Of a stretch of DNA of 64,000 nucleotides, positions 21,401 to 30,500 are shown in pieces (within the stretch, counting starts at the first letter, position 1; every line of letters starts with the position of its first letter). The notes below the pieces were generated by a model. It saw nothing but the letters and a program-made list of their open reading frames with translations, made no database searches and was not told the origin of the DNA. This stretch comes from Candidatus Iainarchaeum sp. (GTDB taxonomy: Archaea > Iainarchaeota > Iainarchaeia > Iainarchaeales > CSSED10-239). Both the position numbers and the translations under genes were made by a program. Location: contig JBBISB010000001.1 in the NCBI GenBank assembly GCA_037441475.1, positions 136,163 to 200,162 of the forward strand, given 5' to 3'.

Positions 21401-22376
21401 TTTGAAGAGCTGAATCAACAATTGTTATTTGTATATTTTCAAGTTCTGTTATTGGTCTGTATCTATCATCATTATCATATATAACAACTCTGTATGTTCC
21501 TATTGTTATGTTTTCAAAAAGAACAATACCGTTTGTGTTTGTAGTTGCTTCTCTTACAACTTGACTTTGCATATTAACAATTGAAACACTAACATTTGAA
21601 ATTGGTGTTTTTAAATCATTATCTAAAACTTTAATCGATGCATTACCTGTTTTCTTTTCTGCAAAGCTTAACTCAACATCTCCTGATAAACCATCTTCGT
21701 TTACTGCAACAGAACCAACTGCATTAACTGTGGATGATTCTATTGAAACTTGTAAGTAACCACAATCAGCAGGTATGTCTGTTAAGGTTAAAGAACCGTC
21801 GTTTGTTAAAAGATTATTTTTTCTATAATTACTGTTATTTGAACAAGTGATTGTTGAAACTGTTAAAGGAGAATTATATAGTTCGTTATTTGATTTAAAA
21901 TATATTGTTTTTGAAACTGTACTAACTGTTAATTTAAGATAAACTGGATAGTTATTCTTTTTACTAAAGTTAATAGTTAAAGGAGTCTCTATTTGGTATT
22001 TAGAACTTTTAATACCTAAAGGCATTTCCTCTTTCTTAATACCAGTAACCTCTGCTATTCCTAAAGAGTTTGTTACAAGAAGTTTTGGAGAGTTGTTAAA
22101 TAATATTTCTAAACTCTCATTTGAGATTGGTTTATTTTGGGAGTCTACAAAAGTTAAAGAATAGGTCTGATCAGTAACAACTGAAGATCCAAATAATAAG
22201 AATGCTAAAAATACTATTAATAAAAGTATTATAAGATTGAATAATAGGAAGGTTGGAATTCCGTTCTTTTCTAAAGGATCTACAATTTTATATAAATTGA
22301 TTCCCTTTTTTTCTAATCTATCAAGAAATGCAAAGTATTTCTCTTCTTGCCTGTAGTAAAAAGATTTTAGACCCAT
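15411..22376 (-). CDS. Giant membrane-anchored surface protein (2321 aa) with the same N-terminal anchor module. Contains a ~130-aa N/Q/Y/G-rich low-complexity (prion-like) segment.
   Basis: N-terminus MGLKSFYYRQEEKYFAFLDRLEKKGINLYKIVDPLEKNGIPTFLLFNLIILLLIVFLAFLLF. Internal low-complexity region CNWFSGFNNYNQYYGGNNFSSGYNNPYFGGNNF..QGYRNPNYN..NMNCP at roughly nt 18160-18545. A YCDQEQFYDYL module related to YCDATQ of the paralogs. Confidence 0.85.
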   Translation of the reverse strand: MGLKSFYYRQEEKYFAFLDRLEKKGINLYKIVDPLEKNGIPTFLLFNLIILLLIVFLAFLLFGSSVVTDQTYSLTFVDSQNKPISNESLEILFNNSPKLLVTNSLGIAEVTGIKKEEMPLGIKSSKYQIETPLTINFSKKNNYPVYLKLTVSTVSKTIYFKSNNELYNSPLTVSTITCSNNSNYRKNNLLTNDGSLTLTDIPADCGYLQVSIESSTVNAVGSVAVNEDGLSGDVELSFAEKKTGNASIKVLDNDLKTPISNVSVSIVNMQSQVVREATTNTNGIVLFENITIGTYRVVIYDNDDRYRPITELENIQITIVDSALQNKDVLLTKAYIGQLKFKVIDSKTKEAIENVSVSLYKTSTLVKTLISNKEGLVNFGVEENITYKVVFNNPNYILKTENNLRISDSVKQISLNPITNENLRSLVITVQDNLLKPVDFATIRLWDAEENIILQTITADVYGKAVLTNLDISRTYKLDSSKGQFTSEFTNPFRIVEQQINEQVIKMTIGEGTFNLTLKTEFGDFYQGNVYVYDTLNDSILADKTTSTNAEGFTLIKIRADKQVYFVIDNFDSKFITSRYEINANEIVNLSFTLPSRISQTSGIEFLGFYNALGEKINSVTPGMQVTARYSLNVTKKFSKVVAHLRIGNAPNPVCGTTTYTVLEDALFIKEVRYAKSETIGSTSYTPCSGQTTDLSNKTLRNAKWFNLTINNPLEGSYLIEADVVVLESAFINQALNYRAEFYEGTSIVRSPVDTSYTSGNTKQNLYAQTKQAMLFTGSQNQCSSLLCYAFTITSNQTNLSRNIIDRYNAQINNDYRLSFNLNVLEGKIAPNSTMVITTGSSVVLKEYMINSVTGNLLRGNEFSNIEIGSLTSNDILSGDIDFKVIDDVSDVITISIVSNGQEVFSRNIFIDVKEAKEMYVEMVPRKIIPFIANDLMIAVTDHSNKPVNGANVNILLNNNPLVVSLTNSQGLYGYVLPATDLGDVVRIIVTKNEYRMKDISLVVDDQLITAIPKEITLTLDSSVNVREVYNFSLFNEAYVPLSIVSVSQSLDNQYVKLALDIENYTINGNSQNDITLTATLTEAGMNLYTQQTIKNEVAIRIRSEEMNKTWLVTIPVTVRVVLGNALDSLDCLKVLPSSASIRTEADKTVTFDFTVENKCTSRQIAIDLTSINAMADWGNESEAGVLSIVVSGKEYILEDLKEVSILSSLLKNAKSTLQLKFKAYKIASNIKTPTIYFTSKKGNINGVDEVKARLPLEVIVNNYAECIEMPKQPVPALACNWFSGFNNYNQYYGGNNFSSGYNNPYFGGNNFNTPYNMNNQFNPHNTYQAGQGYFTQQQGYRNPNYNLVGQFGYAGPQASTVNPYNFPTAQYQNTFGNYNSYNFMSGYPQDNYGNMGMSNNMNCPVRPFYIKNNCLEGVTIKLDASYGVTITSDAEFSLEPGESKETTILGGESMGTFNIPVNVKPSLVNKANYRLVGNVPVSVTLPISFMPSKCIQVTPQKLDFSNILDPKYQMVKVMNTCFADGYRLVEVSYLDLMDLDFDGVSFLTVGEMQGKIQPIKVDTFTELTTNKPIEYWEIALRRNPEIKNTVSAKEYLNKYSQYSLAAGIVSSFRKILIDVEDTVNLKFVLQVGLQPPHGQSSLIYNNVGMQLTDNFQWLILDNKDNWDLIKQFTDENVTDEDMMFVDTSVKLTYTLDSENKAVMIHVPENQLTADKFKRMDQETEVTRCFFGYVKDFPLNGIKDTSYINDNGTYYLKDTYNPLKVSIRFLKPTRHIFKLCFTRPVDSFNNVLAVNSKITIYDLFKEGQTSNINKVFELWASSENQKAKLESHISIGVSTAVSDRSIDGSVTPTADGETIATGALKCLAPDLSSNLGQTGLEAYNDYGFDKILFEYDSSKITATSCDNMYCDQEQFYDYLQKKVVGLDSLKDTSKYVKLGDIYFEKDWQTIKRSDIKVDFCGDGDVCEDFNRQGKETLQSYIDEAVKLLNSIPQELREITIIKTKGLEYNPSGDYLAVVTIGDYQYTTAEYFLNNLHNKFSNDNQRAEVYANMEVYFGSSPQVFTSSLKKFGQTNDPLNVNILNTYNSSTVVKTYEFTYERAMNVSKPGVYLIHASQGVGKNVVIKIRSLVRALPDEYNKNILFSMPINPRYTMSKSNTLYNAPFLSGIYNVTDYSSTDTIQDGYIFSFKDMANYTFIDSRPFYFNKPYNFKIVQTNNNTDLKVLNNMNRLFLLKDKTSLQVALYANPQINNGDTKNVTAFTKTVVSNNFMIYNLVMNNVEPKLTYNTMNDVFKEIPTGNVCFNISGNNPELLLWHNPDKFK

Positions 22377-22580
22377 AATTTATCTCTCATATATATATAT
22401 TAATATATTTTTGCAGCATAATCCTTTAAAAGCTATGCTATTTAGTAAATATTAATTGTCCTTATATATTTAAATACCTTTTTATTCACCATAAAAAGTT
22501 AATATTTTTTAAATTTTAGTAAAATTACCTATTTTTTATAAATTTTCCTTATATTGTTCAAGCTTTTAAAGTTTTTTTCT

Positions 22581-24257
22581 TTATTGAGCAACACACCCTG
22601 CTGTCCCTGGTAACCCTGCTTCGTAACTTTTACATCTCCATCCTGATGTCAGAGGATTATTTAAAATTACTTGGTTTTGAAAATATCCTGGGGTTCCAAA
22701 GCTAAATGTTTGAGAAGGATTAAAAAAAGAATAACTTGCATAATCATCTTCTAATTGCACATAGATATTTTTATAATCTTCTGCAAGGATATATCTTTCA
22801 TCCTGGTCTTCAAATTTAAATAAAATATTTATTTTTTCTATTTTGCTACACTTTAAATTAAAATTTTTATTATCTTGAGAAATATTAGTAGGGTCTCTTA
22901 AAATAAAAATATTATTATCATTATTTAAAGAAAGTCCAATATTTGAAGCTTTATTATATTGTAATGGATTAAAAATTACAGGTGTTATTGATGAGTCCCC
23001 TTGAATACCTCCAGCAGAAGGTTCTGATAAAACCTCTTTTGTGACTTTTGAAACATCAATTACACTTACATTACAGATATTTAAACCATTTTGTGAAACA
23101 ACAGAGTTTCTACACACCCCAATACCATCATTTACTGATTTAAGGTTATTTCCTGCATAGATTTGTACTGGTGTTCTTGCAGAAACATTATTTTTAATAG
23201 TTGTCTTAACAAGATCTTCAAAAACAGGTTTTAAATTTTCTGATGTTTGAAGAGAATAACTATTATTTCCTGAAAGATTAATATTTGTACCAACTACAGT
23301 ATACCCTCCGCCGTTGTTTGCCTTAACTCCTGAAACTGATGTTGGTTTTGTACAAACATCCGAAAAATAATTTTTATTAGTAGTAATAAAAAGATCTTCT
23401 CTTAACCCACAACTATCAATATCACAAACCCCAAGCTTTGCACTGTTTAAAGTGTAATGGATGTATGGGTTAAAGAAACCTTGAGAGGTTGAAGAACGAT
23501 TTAATATTTCACTTTGATCTTTTTTTTCGAGCTCAGCATCAAGAGCAAAGTTTCTAACAGTCCTCATAGCTTGAAACCCTCTCCAAGGAATATATATCTT
23601 ATACTCTCTTCTTGCAAAAACTGGTCTTTGAATAACCTCATCATTTTGATTTCTTTTAACAACAATCATTGGAAGTTTTTCATAGTCCTCTGCAGATAAG
23701 TTTCTAGTGTCTATTGTAAAATATAAAGTTCCTAAACAATTTACACTATTCTGCTCACAATCAACAACTTTTAACTTATTATCTCCTGCTGCAACAAAAG
23801 AAGCTTTAATAATTCTAGATAATTCTATTTTATCATAATCAGGAACTTGAATACCATACCCTATAGGTGGGTTTGTATATAATAAACTACTTATAACGTT
23901 TTGTGCAAAGAAATTTTCAAATTGATTATCAAAAAAAATATCATCTGCATAATATTTTACAAAACTATCCCAATCAAGCATCACTTGTTCTCTTTGAATT
24001 TTAATTTGATTATCAGGGTTACTTCTAAACTTTATCCATTGTTCTCTAAAAGAAACAACAAAGTTATTAAAAGCATCAGCTCTTGAAATATCTGCAATAG
24101 TAATTAGATCAGAAGTTCTTGATTGATCATCAATTAAGGATAAATAGTTTTCTTCGGTCTGTACCATGTTATATACAAAAACAATTGTTATGGAAAGTAG
24201 CATTAAAGAGATTAATGCTGTAAAAAGATTAAATCCTTTTTTGTTTTTTATAAACAT
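22581..24257 (-). CDS. Prepilin-like protein (558 aa) with a class III (type IV pilin-type) signal peptide, embedded in the giant-protein cluster.
   Basis: N-terminus MFIKNKKG|FNLFTALISLMLLSITIVFVYNMV: short basic leader, Gly, then a ~22-aa hydrophobic helix, matching the archaeal PibD/FlaK and bacterial prepilin peptidase substrate pattern. The rest is a large Cys-containing globular region. ATG start. Flanked by 204-nt and 257-nt intergenic spacers. Confidence 0.6.
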   Translation of the reverse strand: MFIKNKKGFNLFTALISLMLLSITIVFVYNMVQTEENYLSLIDDQSRTSDLITIADISRADAFNNFVVSFREQWIKFRSNPDNQIKIQREQVMLDWDSFVKYYADDIFFDNQFENFFAQNVISSLLYTNPPIGYGIQVPDYDKIELSRIIKASFVAAGDNKLKVVDCEQNSVNCLGTLYFTIDTRNLSAEDYEKLPMIVVKRNQNDEVIQRPVFARREYKIYIPWRGFQAMRTVRNFALDAELEKKDQSEILNRSSTSQGFFNPYIHYTLNSAKLGVCDIDSCGLREDLFITTNKNYFSDVCTKPTSVSGVKANNGGGYTVVGTNINLSGNNSYSLQTSENLKPVFEDLVKTTIKNNVSARTPVQIYAGNNLKSVNDGIGVCRNSVVSQNGLNICNVSVIDVSKVTKEVLSEPSAGGIQGDSSITPVIFNPLQYNKASNIGLSLNNDNNIFILRDPTNISQDNKNFNLKCSKIEKINILFKFEDQDERYILAEDYKNIYVQLEDDYASYSFFNPSQTFSFGTPGYFQNQVILNNPLTSGWRCKSYEAGLPGTAGCVAQ

Positions 24258-24514
24258 TTTTTTTCATTACCAGTATTTTTTTATATTTTTCAAAATAAAA
24301 ATATTTTTCTTTTAAAAAAATAAAAATTATTCTTTTAAAAAATATTTTAAAAGTTAAATAACATTCTAAAAGAAAAATATTATTATTCTTAATATAATAT
24401 ATTAATATTTTTTATATTAAATACTATTATTAGAAGATGTTTATATTTTTATATATTTCTGTTTTATAAAAAAAATAAAAAAAGAAGAGAAAAAGAAATA
24501 TTTTCCCTATATTC

Positions 24515-27500
24515 TTAATTTGCTTTAACAGGGTCAATACATTTGTCAACTCTTAAAACATCTGTTAAAGCTATTATTGAAGGAGCTTGAGAGTTGTAAG
24601 GTCTTACATCAACAATATATCTTGACTTATACTCTTGTGAACTTTCAGGAGCAAGATAATCTACCTCTGTTATATAGAAGATATTCTTTTCAAAGACAAT
24701 AGGTGTTTTAATCTCAATTGAGCTATTAAGACCAGTCATACCTTTATCTCTTAAACCATTAATACCAACTATGTTACCCGCAATTCCACAACCAAGTCCT
24801 CTTAAAAATCCACCAGCACCTCTAACCCACTTTAGTTTACTTGAAGCAGTTGGTACTTTTGAACCGCTTATCTTTGTAAAGTCATCTATAACTTCGTCAG
24901 GAACTAAATAATTTCCAGCACCATCAGGAGCTAAACTACTTATCTTAATACTCATTGCTTCTAATGAAGCTTTTTGTGCTTTTGCATCAGCTAGTTTAGT
25001 TTTTAATGAAGCTAAGTCTGATGATGCTTTTCTAGATGCTCTGTCCACAGCAGTAATTTTATTAGGGTCTGATTTTACTTTTTTAGGATTAAAAGAAGAT
25101 CTTGCATTATTTTTTTCAAGATCAGTAATCTTTCTTTCTAAAACTTTAATTGAGTCATCTGCTTCTTTTATTAAACCTTTCTTAGAATCACCTATTGTGT
25201 CTAAAAGATTATTTAGTGAAGCGTCATCAATTACATTAACTGTACTTGTAGTTGTTGTTCCAGGTCCAGCTCCTGCTGCAACACTTCTGTCATAACCTTG
25301 TAACTTAGATAAATAGCCATTATTTTTGGTTAGACTATTAACTGCATCAACTTGACTTAAATGTCCTGATGGATAAACTCCAGAATGAGGAAATTGACTT
25401 CTTGAAACAACTTGTAATAAATCATCTAATTGAGCACTAGTTATTTTTGAATAATTAATTTTTGCGTTTGCACCACTTCCTGATATTACATCTGGATTAT
25501 TCATCAAAGCCTCAATTACATTATCTGCTATTCCAGTAGTATTAGTAAAGGATGTCGGAACTTGATTAAAATATATTCCTGCTGATTGAACATTATTTAC
25601 TGTAACCATTTGAGGGGATGAAAGATAATTATTTGAAATAACTTTAATATAATCATCTAAAAAATTTATTGCCTTTTCAGAAGGTGCTCTAGGTCTTACT
25701 AAATTAGGGGTTGTTCCAGGTGTTGTAGTTGTTACTGTTTGAGATACAAAAGGATCATCACCTAAACTTATTGTTGCCTCTCCAAGATTTAATGGAGTTG
25801 CAGCAGCAGAAGATCCTGCCTTAAAAGAACCTGCCATTACAGATCCAACAATTCCTGTAAACCACTCTTCAACCTCTCCAAACAAAGGACCTAAAAACTT
25901 AAGTTCAGGTTCATTAAATAACCATCCTAAAAACTTATCAATAAGCCATCCTAAACCGCCCTCTCCACCTGTTAAAGCAGATGCAAAGATTTGAAGAGCA
26001 GGAAGACCACATGAAAAGCCTAAACAATCAATTCCAATACCTGCAATAGATACTGGCATTAAAACTGCTGACAAACCATAACAACCAGCACAAGTTGCAG
26101 AACATCTTAAGAAATACTGTCCAGCATTGTTTAAGCCTTTATTTATTTTCGAGGTTGTCTTTTGTTCAGGGTCCTTTAAATCACAACCAAGTTGTTCATA
26201 GTTATAAAAGAAATCTCCATTATACTTTCCAGAGTCCATAACCTTTTGTAAAGTAGAACACATCTCTTCTTTTTCAGCAGCATTATACTCTTTCTTCCAA
26301 TCAACTAAGGCAGTGATGTTAAGAGGAAGATTTTTATCTTCATCTTTTTTATTATTCTCTAAAAGAATATTATTATAAACTTCTAAAAGATATTCAGAAG
26401 GAGTTATAGCACATGAAGCTAAAGTAACCTCTGCAATTGCACTCCTGTTACCAATAGTACCATCAGAAGAATAAATACTTGTAGCTGTAACAGTTGCTTT
26501 TTGACCAACCAAAGTATTCATTTCAGAGGGTGTTAATGGAGTTACACACATAAAAAAATTATTATCTTGGTTTTGAAGAACAGAAAGGCTAAGAGGCTCT
26601 TGAACACCATCATCTTTATTTTTCTTAAAACCAATAGTGCCACCAGGAACTTGTGTTGATGAAATTTTTAAAGTCTCATCCATTGATGATTTTATTTTCA
26701 TTAAAGTACAAGAAGATGTTTCTTGTAAAGTTAAAGAAACTTCCTTTTCAGTAAAAGCTAAATCTCCAGCCTTAACTAAATCAAGGATAAGCATATATGT
26801 TTGATCTTTAGAAACACAAACCTTTGCACTATAATCGTTCTTTGTTATCATTGAGCTTATAACATTTACAAACTCTCTTCTTACCTTGTCAGGAGTTAAG
26901 CCATCTGCTGTTTGATATTGACTATTAAGAAGAACATTTATTTGTTCAGGGTTTGCTTTTTCATAAACTTGTTTATCATTAAAAGATATTTTTGCAAGAG
27001 CATTTTTATTTTCAGAAATAACACCTGAAGAAACATTTAAGGTACTGTTTCTTGTAGATAAAACATCTCTATTGTAAACATATCTTAAATCTACTTGATC
27101 TGTCTTAAACTTACCTACACCCTTGATTAAGTCTTTTGAAATATTTTCATCACCAGTAAACAAAGTAAGCCATGTTCCTTGTCTATTGTTTTTATCTAAA
27201 GTTAAATCCCATGGAAGGAAGTTTAAATAATTCATTATCTTTTTATCACAGTGAGAAGTTTTTTCATACTTTAAAACATTTATGAAATAATATGCTCTCT
27301 CTGGATAAATATAATCAGGAGAAGCTGCTATAAAACCATCAAGCTCAATTGTGTACTTACCACAACCACTCAATTGATTTGAAACAAACACTTTATTTCC
27401 ACCAGCATAAACACCTAAAGAAGTATTCCCTGCACTATTAAATGGATTTGTTTCAACAAAGTAATTTTTAAAACCATAATTTGATTTTGAAAGAATAGCT

Positions 27501-30500
27501 CTTACAAGCTCAGTAGAGACTACATCATTTTGCATATAGAAAGTAAACTCAATTGGCTCAACATCTCCACCAAGCTCTGATATCTTACAATACCCTCTTG
27601 CAGCATCAACTAGAGGACATCCTGTGTTCATTGTCTTTGCTTGTGCTTGAGAAGACATTTGTTTTATTTGGTTTTGAAGTTCACTTACCTTCTTTAAAAT
27701 ATACTCTGTTGAAGAAACAGCATCACAGTAACCTGATTCTTCAGAACATGCACCAATTGAGATTAAAGGTCTACTTAAGGTTGTTGTTTCTTTTAAGTCT
27801 TCACAAACTGGAAGAGAAGAATTTATTGTAACAATATTATCTTTAGCTTGATCTTCAAAGACATCTTTGATATTTATAGAAACTGTAAAGTCCTCTGAAG
27901 TTACAGGATTACCAGAGTTAAGTAATCTTCCTATTATTACCATTGGCATTTTAGGAGAGCCACCTAAAGAGCTTGCTGTAAGCTCTAAGCTATAGGTTGC
28001 TGATTGATTAGGGTATATTAAATTATTACCAGAGGTTGGAATTATTCTAAAAGGATTAGCACCAAAAGTCTCTGTATAACCATCTTGTTTTTTATCAATA
28101 CCAACAACAGAAACTGGTTCTGCACAGTAGTTTGTTAAGGTAATGTTTCTTGCTCTCTTTTCTCCAACCTTTAAAGTATAATCTAAATTTTTATTACTTA
28201 CCTTCAAACAGTTAGGAGAGGAGATTGTAAAAATAATCTGGGTGGTTGCTGTTATTGGGTTATTAATACCAGCAGCTTTTCCAGTAACTAAAATAAATGC
28301 ATTATCAGCAGTTGATTTATTTATATTAACTGTAAACTGTAAATCAATAGGTATTGATGCACCAGGCTCTAAAACAGATACCTCTCTAGGATATTCTTTA
28401 ATACCTATGTTTGAAGATACCATCTTAGGATATTGACTTATCTGTATATCTGTTATTGGAACTGTTCCTATATTTTTAATCATGAACCTTGTTGCATTAA
28501 CAGCAGATTGCTGAGGATGAAGTTGTGAGATTGGAACCTGTATTAATGTAGGCATTATCCATAAAGCCTTACTTAGATCTAAAAGATCAACATTTAAAGT
28601 TGATGGGGAAACAGAGTATAAGCTGTTATGCCATAGGATATTATAAGTAAATTTTCTTTGTTGTTTAAGGTTTGATTTATTTTTAATAATAACATCATAA
28701 ACCTTCTCTTCTCCTGGAAGAACAGTTACATGAGCAAGGGAAAGCTCTAAACCATTGTTTGAAGCTGAGGAGGTTAACACTGATTGTGGAGTAAAGGTTA
28801 TAGCTTGTGAACAGTTGTTTTTAATAATAAAGAAAGTAGTATTTTCTGTACTCTCTGTTGTTGAATCTACTTTTGAAGAATAGTAGGTATAATAGTTAGG
28901 ATCTGTATAGTTTACAGTATTCCTTGAAGAAGAATAATTTTGAGTATAGTTTTGAGATGCTAAATAATCTGAGTAATTGGAGTAGGTTTGAGAAGGTGCA
29001 AGTAAAAGATTACTTCTTTGTGTATTTCCAGCATAATTGTAGTTTGTGAAAGGAGTGTTATACACATTTGGTGCAGTATACTTAAGGTTTAAACCTACAA
29101 AGGAGTTAACTGCATTTGGAGTTATCTCAATACAGTCGCTAACCAAAAGACCTTTGTTTATCCTAATAGGGACAATCTTTGTAATCTCTCTAGGACCAAT
29201 GGTTGCATAGATAGGAACATTTGCAAATGCTGTTTCAAACAATATATCTTTTGATACAGTGATTACAACCTCGTAGTTTTGAGAGGAATTTTTATTAATA
29301 AAAGGATTACCTCTAATATCTATAAAGATTTTATCAGATCCATCAACCCAGACTGGTTCTCCAAACCTGATGTTAGTTGCTTGGTAAACACCGTTGTTTT
29401 GTAAAGTAAATCTTGAAGAGGAGGTTATCTGGTCAAGACCAAGATTGATTAATACCTCAGGAGGTGTTAATGTTAATAAAGAATCATCAACTATGAAAAT
29501 TTGTTTTTTATAAGGAACATAACCATAACTTTCAACTAAGACGTTTACAGAGGAGACATTAAATTTATTTTCAATAGTATAGTTTCCATTTCTACCATTA
29601 CTTCCCTCTCCCTTAACTGAGGAAATAAAGGCTCCTCTATCATCATAGAAAGAGATGAATGCATTTTCAATAGGTTTTAAAGAAACTGAATCAATAACCT
29701 CTATATTAAACTTAGAACCGTATGAAACAAAGATATCAGGTGTAAAAATAACCTTCATTTCTTTTTTATCAAAAACATTAAAGCTTAGTCTATCATTAAA
29801 GACTTGAGAACCTAAGATAGCATCTGTTCCCTTAAGATCAATGTATGCTGTTCCTATCTCCTTTGAAATAAATGTTAAATAAATTTTCTTTAAACTGTTT
29901 TGGTTTATTGAAAGATTATCCCTTACTGCTTCAAAGTTTGAAGAATCATAAGTTGTGCTTTGGTTATTTAGAGTATCTGTAAAAAGATTAAAGGAGATTA
30001 AAGGAAAGCTCTTTGAAGTTTCAGCTAAAAGATTTAACTGTGAGTTTTTTAAAGAATAGATGCTTGTTTCAAGAGAGTAGTTTTCTCCTTTAATAGCATA
30101 AAAGTCTTCAATATTAAACTCATTATCTTTTGAGTCAATTATCTTATAAGAAACACAAACATCACCAGAACAATTTAAAGGAACATTGAAAAGATCAATT
30201 GAAACTTCTTTTGTTTGTGCATAAAGAGCTCCCTTAAGATTATTTGAATAGTTTTGTTTTAAAGTTGTATCAATAGGATCTCTATAGTAAAGTTTATTTT
30301 CTTCAATCAATGCCCTGTACTTAAAGATTAGTTTTGTAACAGACATATCAACTGCATTAACCTTAACCTTTATTTGTTTGTTTCCTAAAGGAACATCTGA
30401 AGCCCATTTAAGCTCAAGCCATTTATTTATTATCTGTGAAGAACCTTCATTAAGAGAGTCAATACCTTGCATTCCCGGGGCAGGCTCACTATTATAAGTT

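Noticed and set aside
22377-22580. Short inverted repeat AGCATA-N13-TATGCT (~22416-22440) in the spacer upstream of the 2321-aa gene
   Set aside because: Only a 6-bp stem with a 13-nt loop in very AT-rich DNA. Expected by chance. Kept out of features.
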